From assembly GCA_963749075.1 (NCBI GenBank), contig CAVVLJ010000017.1:416001-480000 (forward strand): a stretch of DNA of 64,000 bases, read 5' to 3'. The notes under the pieces are model-generated. The model ran no database searches. It was not told where the DNA came from and saw nothing but the letters and a program-made list of their open reading frames with translations. The translations under genes and the position numbers were made by a program. Source of the stretch: an uncultured Pseudomonadota bacterium. GTDB taxonomy: Bacteria; Pseudomonadota; Alphaproteobacteria; JACZXZ01. Shown piece after piece: positions 55,580 to 64,000 of this stretch; position 1 is the first letter of the stretch, and each line of letters opens with the position of its first letter.

Positions 55580-58363
55580 CTACCCTCGCGCGGATTCCCA
55601 GACCCTCTCCAGCACGTCGGCCTGGCCGATCGTGTTGCCGACCCCCATGAGCTCGGCGGGCCGCTCGCCGCAAGCGAGTGCGCATTCGCGCACGAAGAGG
55701 CCCGACACGCCGTCGCCCTGATAGGTCGGCCTCTCGATGTCCATCAGCGCCAGATTGTATACCGCCGGTGCCGCATCGAAGGGCATCGACGCCCAGATGC
55801 GATACCAGCCCCCGCCCTCATCGATGATGCCGGCCTCGACGACGTCGCCGTTCCTGGGGGACATCTTTTTCTTGCGCAGGTCGAAATCGACGCTGCCGTA
55901 GCGGCTCGAGGTCGCGTCCCGTAGCTCCAGCCTGACATGCGAACGGCCGTTCGGCTTGAGCCAGAGCGAGGGTATGTAGCACTCCCCCGCCCGGATCTTC
56001 GGAAAGACGAGCTCGATCCGGTGATAGCCGGTCGTCCCGTCCTCGGTAACCATGTCGCACTGCAGCCCGCCGAGGCGGCCGCTTGCGGGATCGGCGTCGA
56101 GGCGCGCGCCTTCGGCGTGATAGTCGCTTGTCCCGGTCAAAAGCGGGGCGTGCCAGACGAGCGCTCCCGGAAGATGCTGAGAGGTGTCGGTGACGAGATA
56201 GGAGGAGGCATTGCGCACCGAGGCAAGATCGCCGCGGACGATGAAATTCTTCATGAGCGGCTGCTCGAGCACCCGCTGGAACTCGGGATATCGGCCATGG
56301 TCGGAGAGGTGGACCGCGCGCTCGCGGTATTCGTCGTTGGTGAACGCCCCCATGTTCATGAGCCGCTCGAACATGACCCCGTCGACGCCGAGGTCGAGGC
56401 CCATCTGCACGAACTCGGGCATCTCCAGGAAGTTGTCTTTCTGGTAGGTGAAGGAAAAGAAAAACCCCTCGATCCTGCGCGCCTTGCGCAGCCGGGAGAG
56501 GAAGCGCAGGTTCCGCCAGGTCTCCTCGTACGAGGCGCCCCGGCGGAGCTTCTCGAAGGTTTCCTTCCGCGCCGCGTCGAGCGAGACGCGGATGTATTCG
56601 ACTTTGTTGTGGACGCCGGGGAATTTGGCCCACTCCTCCTCGGAGAAACGCGTCCCGTTGGTGATGATGCGCACCTTGAGGTTGGGCGTGGTCTCGTCGC
56701 TGATGTAGCGCAGCACCGCGCGCGACGGCTCGCTGACCATGACCTCGCCGGCAGGGTTGATCATCACCGCCGACACGCTCTTCAGCATGGGCAGCACCGT
56801 CTGCTCGACCATCTCCATCAGCGTCTTGTTCTCCTCCTGCGAGGCCCCCCGCACCTCGACGCGGCACGACGGGCAGGACAGATTGCAAGTGTCGTCGATC
56901 GCGAAGAGGAGCTCGCTCGGCCCGTCGACGACGACCGCACCGGCGTCGATCGCCTTGCGCAGCACGGGCTCGATCACCTCGGTCTTGAGCGGCAGCTGAT
57001 CGTTGGGCATCGCCTGGCAATTGAGGTGATCGCAGTATTTGAACGAGCCGTCGAGCATGCTCCGCCGGATGTCCTGTGCTATGCCTGAGTTGACGATCGC
57101 CTCGGGACCGTCCGAGAGCTTGCCGATCACGGTCGGCAGCCAGTGCACGCAGCACACCCGCGCGGTCGGGACGGAGCCCGCGATACCCCCCTCGCCGTGC
57201 AACAGATCGATGCGGGTGAAGGGGTGCGAGCAGATGCGGGCCTTGAGATAGGCATCGTCGTCGCCGACGAACTTGCGCAGATGGGGCGGGACGTCCTGCC
57301 CGTTCCGGATCAGCTCGAGCGCGTGCCGGATCGCCTGCAGATGAACGGTCCGCACGCCCGAGGCCCAGCCGAACTCGTGGTCGAGCATGTCGGAGATCTT
57401 GTCGAGGACCCTCTCGGGCTGGTGCTGCGCACCGTAATGGCGGGCGAGCGCCATCATCGCCGCCTCCGCCATGATCAGGGCCAGGTTCTCCCGCTTGGTC
57501 GCGAACAGAGGCGAGACGAGGCGGTTCAGCTCGACGAAGCGGAGGAGGCCGTCGCAACGCTCCTCGACGCTCGTCTCGCCGCCGACCTGAACGGTCAGGC
57601 CATGGACGAAATCCTGCGGCTCGGTGGTGTCGAGGAAGCTCGGCTGCGGCACCACCAGTGCCAAGCGCGCCGCCGGACCCTCCGTCCGCAGCCAGCGGTA
57701 GAACAGGCCCGCGGCCTCGTAGGGATCGAGCTCGAGCGCCTTGCTCATGCCCCGCAGCAAGGTGCCGTCGGCGGCAAAGCCGAGCTGCTCCAGGCGATCC
57801 GCGAGGGCGGCGAAGTTGTCGCGCTCGACCCGCGCAAGCTCGGCAGCACTCCTCGTGTCGTAGATCCGAATGGGCACGCTGTCGGAATAATTCACGTATC
57901 TGGCGAGATGGGCGCGCACCTTCTCGAGCCGGGCGCGCGCGCCGACCGCCCCCTCCCTTTCATGCTCTCCCTGCTTGAGCTGCGCTCTGAGCTGGCTCAC
58001 GGAGGCGCGCGTCTTGAGCAGGCGCTGCTCCTGCTGCCGGGCCTCTTCGCGCGCGAGCCGCGCCATCAGCCGCCATGCCGCGATATCCTCCGGCATGAGC
58101 TTGGCCGCCTGTTCCGCGTGGCTGAGGGCGCCTAAGATATCGCCCGACACCTCCAAGGCGAGGGCGAGGCCGAAATGGGCCGGGCCGTTATCGGCGGTCG
58201 CGTCGACCGCGGCGCGCAACAGCTTCCACGCACCTTCGAAATCGTTGCGGCCGAGGAGCGCGTCAACATCGGGAAATGCCGCGGAGATGTGCCCGAGCTC
58301 CGCGCGCAAGCCCTCGAATCGCGGCGACGCCATGTCACTGCTGCTCGGCTCGGTCGCGGCCAT
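55580..58363 (-). CDS. TPR + SPASM/twitch + radical SAM protein with C-terminal beta-sandwich domain
   Basis: N-terminal TPRs (AHFGLALALE); CSHPF...VCCVHWL..IG..NS..AQDIRRSMLDGSFKYC...C; DTCNLSCPSC (CxxxCxxC), AGE, ITNG, VSLDAA; C-terminal GWYRIW...YQGDGVSGL. Confidence 0.85.
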   Translation of the reverse strand: MAATEPSSSDMASPRFEGLRAELGHISAAFPDVDALLGRNDFEGAWKLLRAAVDATADNGPAHFGLALALEVSGDILGALSHAEQAAKLMPEDIAAWRLMARLAREEARQQEQRLLKTRASVSQLRAQLKQGEHEREGAVGARARLEKVRAHLARYVNYSDSVPIRIYDTRSAAELARVERDNFAALADRLEQLGFAADGTLLRGMSKALELDPYEAAGLFYRWLRTEGPAARLALVVPQPSFLDTTEPQDFVHGLTVQVGGETSVEERCDGLLRFVELNRLVSPLFATKRENLALIMAEAAMMALARHYGAQHQPERVLDKISDMLDHEFGWASGVRTVHLQAIRHALELIRNGQDVPPHLRKFVGDDDAYLKARICSHPFTRIDLLHGEGGIAGSVPTARVCCVHWLPTVIGKLSDGPEAIVNSGIAQDIRRSMLDGSFKYCDHLNCQAMPNDQLPLKTEVIEPVLRKAIDAGAVVVDGPSELLFAIDDTCNLSCPSCRVEVRGASQEENKTLMEMVEQTVLPMLKSVSAVMINPAGEVMVSEPSRAVLRYISDETTPNLKVRIITNGTRFSEEEWAKFPGVHNKVEYIRVSLDAARKETFEKLRRGASYEETWRNLRFLSRLRKARRIEGFFFSFTYQKDNFLEMPEFVQMGLDLGVDGVMFERLMNMGAFTNDEYRERAVHLSDHGRYPEFQRVLEQPLMKNFIVRGDLASVRNASSYLVTDTSQHLPGALVWHAPLLTGTSDYHAEGARLDADPASGRLGGLQCDMVTEDGTTGYHRIELVFPKIRAGECYIPSLWLKPNGRSHVRLELRDATSSRYGSVDFDLRKKKMSPRNGDVVEAGIIDEGGGWYRIWASMPFDAAPAVYNLALMDIERPTYQGDGVSGLFVRECALACGERPAELMGVGNTIGQADVLERVWESARG

Positions 58364-58638
58364 CGACACCCCTCCATTCCGATCGTGGCACGAATTTTCG
58401 CTGAATTACAAAAGGTTACCTTGCGGCGCCCGGCGGGTCAAGGCGATCGGGCCGCGCCTGCGGGCGCATGCGACCTGCGCGCGGCAGCGTTGCCGCGGCA
58501 CCGCGCCGCCTTCCGCCGCTGCGGACAAAGCCGTTGCGGATCATCCGGACGTGGTGCAAGTTACGCTGCACGGCGCGGTTGCCTTGTGCAGGGCGCTCCG
58601 AGCGGAGCGTTGGGGAACGCCTCCATGCAAACCCGGCG

Positions 58639-61494
58639 ATGGCCAGGAAGAATTCGACGCTGACATCCGTCGCGGACAAGCTCTTACCGCGGTCTCTGGT
58701 CTGGCGCAGCGAGCTGGAAGAGCTGCGCACGGAGCAGCATCGCCGGGAGGATGCGCTTGGCGACGAGATCCAGGCGTTAAGAGCTGAGCTCGTGAACGCG
58801 CGCGAGGATGCGGTGCGCCGCGAGGCGAAGCAACTGCAGAGCTTCAACAGCCAATTGGCCGAAAGTGCGAAGGTCACCGCGACGGTGACCGCCGAGAGGG
58901 AAAGGTTGGCGCGACAGGGGCAAGCCTTGCGTGCCGAGCTCGAAAGCGCCCAGGAGGCCCATGGGCGGCGGGAGCGGGAGCTGCTACAGCGCCTCGACGA
59001 GGTCATGGCCGAGTTCGCGCGCAACCTGGCGGAGGCGCGGGACGAGACGGCGGCACTGCGTCGCGAGCTGGACAGCAATCGGAAAAAACTCGCGGGCACC
59101 ACCCAGCAATTCGCCAACCTGTTGCAAGCTTTCGCGGAAGAACGCGACAAATTGAGGAAGGGCAGAGACGTCGCCGAGCAGCAGGTTCGAGGGCTGCAAC
59201 AGATCCTCTTGGACATCGAGCCGGAAGAAAGGTCGGCAACGCCGCTGCCGCCCGAGCAATCCGCACCGGCTCCCGCGGCGGCAGCGCCGGCGGTCGTCTC
59301 CCGTCTGGCGTTGCGCCTTCTTTGCGTCGGCAGCGGCCGAGACGGCACGCATTCCATCGCCCATATGATCGAGGGCCTTTACGATCGGCAACGCGGCGGC
59401 GTGCAGTCCGTCCATGACGGAGAGGCCAATGGGCGGAGTGCTGAGCACGACTACCGGGCGCGCGAGCTCCACGGGGCGTTCTGCAGTCACCGGGAAACCG
59501 GCGGCGTGCGCTATCTCGACGCGATCCGCGGCATGATCGCCGGCTGCCCGCACGAATGTATCGTCGGCAGCGGCTATGCCGCGGTCCTGCCGCTCTTCGC
59601 CGAGCGCTCGAAGGGCGAGATGAAGCTCATGCACATCCGCCGCAGGGACCGCACGGCCTGCATCGAGAGCCTGGTCAAGGACTGCCTGATGTTCCCCGCC
59701 GCGTACAGATATTACGCCCCCGCTGGCCAGGGCCGGACGAAGCGCATGGCGGCCTTCCATTTCGGCGAGATGACGCGCGAGGCTTGGGAGGCGCTGCCGA
59801 TCCAGGCGAAGTTCGGCTGGTACTACGACAAGACCCACGGTCTCATCGCCGAAAGCAAGGCGCTCTTCGCGGAATGCGTCGAGGTCGAGACCGAGGAACT
59901 CGATGCCGCCGCGACGCGGAGTGCCGTTGCCCGGCTCGCCGTCGGCAGCGACGAGGTGCTGCCGCCGCGGGCGCACCTCAATGCGCACCGTTTCGACATC
60001 GCCTGGCTGCCCCGGGAGCGCCAGGCCAAGATGCAATGGCTGCTCGGACGCCTCAACTACTACGACCTGGCGGAGGACGACGTCTACGGCCTCCAGTACT
60101 TCCTCGAGAATTTCTCCGCCTGGACGGACTACCAGACGAGCGGCGCGGTGCGGGGGATCAGCCCGCCCGACGTGAGGAGTTTCGAGGAAATCGCGCGGAT
60201 GCTCAAGCGCGCCAACCGCCTCCTGGTCAGGCACCTGAAGGAGATCTACGATAACAGGCTCGTGATTCAGGCGACGATCCGGCCCGCAACCTCAATGTCG
60301 ACGCGCGCCGAGCAGCCCCTTTTTCATATTTGCCATGCCGATCACAGCCATGATCGAGTATTTGCCGAGAACGTCTCTGAGTATCTGGCGAGCAAAGGAA
60401 TCAAGGCTAAGGCCATCGTATTGAACGAAGATGGACAGCGTCCGCAATTGCAGGAGTGCCTTCAAGGAGGGGGCATCGGCGTTATCGGATTTAATTCTCA
60501 GCTCGACCACTCATGGATCGGCTCTACAAATTTTCTGGACGCGGCGGCGGAAAAGAACATCCCGGTCATCCAGTGGATCCTCGATCATCCCAACACTCGG
60601 TTGTCCGAATTTCTCAACTCTACGGCCGCGAATTCCCGATTTCTTTTCAGCTCGGCCGATGCGGAACGCTACTTCAGGCGCTATGGAATACCGGGGGCGT
60701 TGACGGCCACTGTCGCATGCGTGGGCCCAAGCCGGCACTCCCGCCTCGATGAGCTCGACATGCATGGCTTCGCCAATCGGCCGACCATCTGTCTCGTCGC
60801 CATGAATCTCCGGCGCGCCGGCGGAACGATAGAAGAAATTAGGGCGAGGATCGCGGCGCTCGGGCCACCGCTGTCCCACGCGGTGGAGGCGACGATCGAG
60901 CGCGGATATCTCGACGTCGTTCGCCCCCTCGAAGCCCATCTGGAGCGGGCGCTCGACGCCCGCGGGGTGGCAATTTCCAATGCGCAGCGACATGCGTGCA
61001 TGCAGATGGCGGAAGAGGTTGTCCAGATCAACCGCCGGCAGAAAATCTTCGAGATCGCGCGGGAGTTTCCAATATTGATCCAGTCCGACGAGGCCTCGCG
61101 CTGCTTCCGGGCCGGCGCCGCCGCAAGGTTCGAAGAGAACGTCGACATGGCACTTACTTGGTCGCGTCTGAAGCAAGCGCGCGCGCAAGTGAGCATCAGC
61201 AATATGAATGACATGGTGCACGACCGCATCCTGAACGGGTTGAACGCGGGCTGCGTCAACATCGTTGAGGATAGTTTTGCGAACCGCCGGGTGTTCGAGC
61301 ACGGACGAAATGCTCTCTTCTTCAGCTACGACGACGACAGCCTGCGGGAATGCCTATCGCTGGTCTCCAACGACCTCGAACGCGCTTTCGGCATCGCCGC
61401 GGCGGGGTTCGCCATGCGCGATGATCCCCCATTCAGATTCGGAGACTTCCAGAATATCATCGAGCTTGCCCGACAGCGCGCGTTGCAAAATTAG
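58639..61494 (+). CDS. Coiled-coil + sulfotransferase-like + glycosyltransferase-like fusion protein
   Basis: ~190-aa heptad region; LCVGSGRDGTHS (PSB-like); C-terminal WILDHP...HDRILNGLNAGC...FEHGRNALFF resembling GT-B (Glyco_trans_1_2-like). Confidence 0.7.
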   Translation: MARKNSTLTSVADKLLPRSLVWRSELEELRTEQHRREDALGDEIQALRAELVNAREDAVRREAKQLQSFNSQLAESAKVTATVTAERERLARQGQALRAELESAQEAHGRRERELLQRLDEVMAEFARNLAEARDETAALRRELDSNRKKLAGTTQQFANLLQAFAEERDKLRKGRDVAEQQVRGLQQILLDIEPEERSATPLPPEQSAPAPAAAAPAVVSRLALRLLCVGSGRDGTHSIAHMIEGLYDRQRGGVQSVHDGEANGRSAEHDYRARELHGAFCSHRETGGVRYLDAIRGMIAGCPHECIVGSGYAAVLPLFAERSKGEMKLMHIRRRDRTACIESLVKDCLMFPAAYRYYAPAGQGRTKRMAAFHFGEMTREAWEALPIQAKFGWYYDKTHGLIAESKALFAECVEVETEELDAAATRSAVARLAVGSDEVLPPRAHLNAHRFDIAWLPRERQAKMQWLLGRLNYYDLAEDDVYGLQYFLENFSAWTDYQTSGAVRGISPPDVRSFEEIARMLKRANRLLVRHLKEIYDNRLVIQATIRPATSMSTRAEQPLFHICHADHSHDRVFAENVSEYLASKGIKAKAIVLNEDGQRPQLQECLQGGGIGVIGFNSQLDHSWIGSTNFLDAAAEKNIPVIQWILDHPNTRLSEFLNSTAANSRFLFSSADAERYFRRYGIPGALTATVACVGPSRHSRLDELDMHGFANRPTICLVAMNLRRAGGTIEEIRARIAALGPPLSHAVEATIERGYLDVVRPLEAHLERALDARGVAISNAQRHACMQMAEEVVQINRRQKIFEIAREFPILIQSDEASRCFRAGAAARFEENVDMALTWSRLKQARAQVSISNMNDMVHDRILNGLNAGCVNIVEDSFANRRVFEHGRNALFFSYDDDSLRECLSLVSNDLERAFGIAAAGFAMRDDPPFRFGDFQNIIELARQRALQN

Positions 61495-61647
61495 CCTCGT
61501 TATGAAGGGCAACGCACCTTGCAGGGACTCGTCCGAGAAGCGGCAAGTAATATAGACAATCGCCGGCGAGCTCAGCCGTCGTCTCCGTCCGGCAGTCATG
61601 ATCGCCGTCATGCGCAATCCTGTCGGCCCCCAGAATGGCGAGATCGC

Positions 61648-62313
61648 ATGTATTTCATGTTGCATATCGGGAAAACCGGAGGGAGCTACACGCAGCATAT
61701 TTTTTCCCTGATCCCTGCGGCGCGGAATTTGGTCCGCTTTCTTGATCACCGATTCACCCTTGAGACCGCGCTCGGTAGTTTTCCCGGCGAAGAGGCGGTT
61801 TTTGCGATACGCGATCCTCTCGCTATATTCGTTTCAGGCTTCTACAGTCGAATGCGTCAAGGGCGGCCGCGAAACAACCAGCCCTGGTCTCCGGAAGAGA
61901 CGGCCGCCTTTGCGGCCTTTCAAACGCCGAACCAGCTCGCGGAGGCGCTCGGCTCCGATCAACCTAAGCTCAGAGAGTGCGCCGAGTTTTCCATGCGAAG
62001 CATCTATCATGTGGCACGTTGTCTGCATTTCTATTTGGGATCCGTATCGTTGGTCCGGCGGCACAGATCGCGAATATGCTTCATCCTGCGGCAAGCAACT
62101 CTCGACGAGGATATTCAGCGGTTTTTGGCAAGAAACGGCATTCTGAGCGCCCACTTGCCAATCCATGACGATCTGGTCCGGCATGCCAATCCTCCCCACC
62201 TGGATCGGACTTTATCGCCGACGGCCATCGGCAATTTGACCGCATGGTACAAGACGGATTTGGAACTTTATGGCGAGTGCCAAGCTCTGGCTTCGGAGAT
62301 AAATGAGGCTTGA
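61648..62313 (+). CDS. Sulfotransferase family 2-like protein
   Basis: MLHIGKTGGSY, FAIRDPLAIFVSGFY, WYKTDLELY. Confidence 0.8.
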   Translation: MYFMLHIGKTGGSYTQHIFSLIPAARNLVRFLDHRFTLETALGSFPGEEAVFAIRDPLAIFVSGFYSRMRQGRPRNNQPWSPEETAAFAAFQTPNQLAEALGSDQPKLRECAEFSMRSIYHVARCLHFYLGSVSLVRRHRSRICFILRQATLDEDIQRFLARNGILSAHLPIHDDLVRHANPPHLDRTLSPTAIGNLTAWYKTDLELYGECQALASEINEA

Positions 62314-62530
62314 GAGCGGCTCCAAGGATGCGTTCGATAAACCTTGATTCACGTGTCGCGCCTCACCAGTCGGCGGACCAAGAGACGGATGCTGGCGAGC
62401 ATGAGGAAAGCAAGGGCGGTCACGGCGACGCTTTCGAAGTCCTTGGCGGGACGGCGGCAGCGGCCGGGATAGGCGAACGTGCGCTCGAGGATCCAGCGCT
62501 TGGGCGAGACCCTGAGGCCAGCTATGTCCG
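62311..62530 (-). mobile_element. IS5-family (IS1031/IS427-like) transposase remnant
   Basis: PKRWILERTFAYPGRCRRPAKDFESVAVTALAFLMLASIRLLVRRL C-terminal fragment; putative end TGAGAGC at 62311 matches TGAGAGC at 63543. Confidence 0.8.
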
Positions 62531-62641
62531 GCGGTCGAGGCGGCTGTAGAGGGCTCATCGAGGCTCCCCGCCTCCACGGGGATTTATCGACTCAAGAGTT
62601 CGAGTTGCACGTCATTCACTCTGTAATCACGGGCCAGGGTC

Positions 62642-63418
62642 ATGGCGAAGAACTTGATCATTCTGCGATCGAGCCCGGACTGGACGAATTATAATCTTGA
62701 GAGGACGCGTGAATTCCTCAGAGGCATGAATCTGCCCGAGGATCTGGTGATCGAGTTTGCTGCACTGTGGAGCCGGCACTTCGGGGTCGATTTTCGCGGC
62801 GTCCGAGCCCAACTGAAGGCGCTCGCGTTGCAAACCTATAAAGAGGTCGAGGCGGCCGTTCTTCTCCGTCATGAGGAGTGGGACGGGAGCGGAGATCCCG
62901 AGGGCCGCATTGCCTTCGTAGACGACGACGACTGGATGTCAGCGGGGCTGTTCGAAGACCTGCCCGCAAAAGCGTTCGGTGAGGACGGAGTACGCTGGGG
63001 AGGGCTCCGGCTGGGCCGAGTCTTCGCAGAAAGCGGCTATTCCGAGCCGATCGTCCAACGACGTCCCCTGGATCGCATGGTCTACACGAATAATTACGCT
63101 GTTACGCTGCGCGCGCTTCAGCGACTTGGGCGCGCAGCTCTCTTTGTCCACACCTCCGCTCAGGCGTCGTTCGATCGATCCGACTTCGCGCTCTCGACTT
63201 CCGAGTTGTATCTGTCATGTGCCGTGAAACATCCTTGTTGCACTATGTCGATGAATTATCTTATGTCGCTTGAGAGCTTCCGAACCGACCCGCGCCGAGA
63301 GATGTCAAGATTTATGGAGGCCGTCGACGCGATGCGGCTGGAGGACATCGTGGAGTGGCTAAGAGGGCCATTCGCACGCTTTCGCGAGATCATGGCCGAC
63401 GCAGTCCGACCTCATTGA
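62642..63418 (+). CDS. Hypothetical protein with GT-A-like DxD motif
   Basis: IAFVDDDDW, YTNNYAV; lies between two IS5 pieces. Confidence 0.65.
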   Translation: MAKNLIILRSSPDWTNYNLERTREFLRGMNLPEDLVIEFAALWSRHFGVDFRGVRAQLKALALQTYKEVEAAVLLRHEEWDGSGDPEGRIAFVDDDDWMSAGLFEDLPAKAFGEDGVRWGGLRLGRVFAESGYSEPIVQRRPLDRMVYTNNYAVTLRALQRLGRAALFVHTSAQASFDRSDFALSTSELYLSCAVKHPCCTMSMNYLMSLESFRTDPRREMSRFMEAVDAMRLEDIVEWLRGPFARFREIMADAVRPH

Positions 63419-63542
63419 GACAGGCAGCCAGTGAGTGCGGGCCGAACGCGCTCCTCGAGCATAGCGGTCTCAAAGTCGGTTCGGAAAACTCGAATCCTCG
63501 ATCAAGCGGTTATCCGCGTGAGGCGCCGGAGCAGGAGACGTA

Positions 63543-64000
63543 TGAGAGCCGTTCCGGGAAGTTTCGATTCATGATGAAGAGGCTGTCAATCGGCGCAGCA
63601 TGAGGCGGATCATGGCGAGGCGGACGAAGGCCGCCGCCTTTCGTGCATGACGCTCGAAGTCTTTGGCGAGGCGGCGGCAGCGGCTGATCCAAGCGAAGCT
63701 GCGCTCGACGATCCAGCGCTTGGGGAGAACGACAAAGCGATGCAGCTCGTTGCGCTTGACGATCTCGATTCTCCAGCTTGCGCTCCGGGCGAGCGCCCTC
63801 GCCGGCTTTGGCCCCTGATAGCCGGCATCGGCCAAGATGCGCTCGATAATGGGAAACAGACGGCGTGTGCAGCGGTCGAGGACCAGGCGGGCGCCGTCTC
63901 GATCTTGGACATCGGCCGGGTGGACGACGACGTTCAAGAGGAGGCCGAGCGTGTCGACGAGAATGTGCCGCTTGCGGCCCTTGACCTTCTTGCCCGCGTC
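63543..64000 (-). mobile_element. IS5-family element (IS1031/IS427-like), 3' part; transposase CDS 63569..>64000
   Basis: DAGKKVKGRKRHILVDTLGLLL, VQDRDGA, LADAGYQG, LPKRWIVERSFAW, RRLAKDFE; putative terminal IR GAGCCGTTCCGGGAAG after TGA. Confidence 0.93.

Noticed and set aside
1-64000. CRISPR array, rRNA/tRNA genes, prophage, or CTCGAG as a dispersed repeat
   Set aside because: No regularly spaced repeats, RNA gene structures or phage genes were seen; frequent CTCGAG is explained by Leu-Glu codons (CTC GAG).

Overview
High-GC bacterial DNA, most consistent with an alphaproteobacterium (inferred from the gene families and the intergenic palindrome type). The first ~24 kb is mixed housekeeping, catabolic and signalling: a TetR-led operon (FabZ-like, haloalkane dehalogenase, enoyl-CoA hydratase, SDR, FAH-family hydratase), speE, Hsp20, NupC, uppP, an aminotransferase, CHASE-PAS-GGDEF-EAL and PAS-PAS-HD-GYP c-di-GMP enzymes, DUF72, a membrane-anchored TIR protein and a hydantoinase/oxoprolinase B+A pair. 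From a Phd/PemK-like toxin-antitoxin pair (~24.4 kb) to IS5 elements at the right end lies a ~40 kb accessory surface-glycan island. It carries unusual nucleotide-sugar genes (C-methyltransferase, two DegT aminotransferases, split transketolase, HldE/RfaE-like kinase-nucleotidyltransferase, Zn dehydrogenase, methyltransferases, HAD + APH-like kinase). It also has three sulfotransferase-like domains, several large novel-architecture proteins (tandem GT-A-like repeat protein; TPR-SPASM-radical SAM-beta-sandwich fusion; coiled-coil-sulfotransferase-GT fusion) and a near-complete Xps-like type II secretion cluster in its middle next to a secreted beta-helix protein. Six apparent +1 frameshifts all double the A of a GA followed by a pyrimidine, so they are probably systematic sequencing errors. 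All calls come from motif recognition by eye; no database searches were run.
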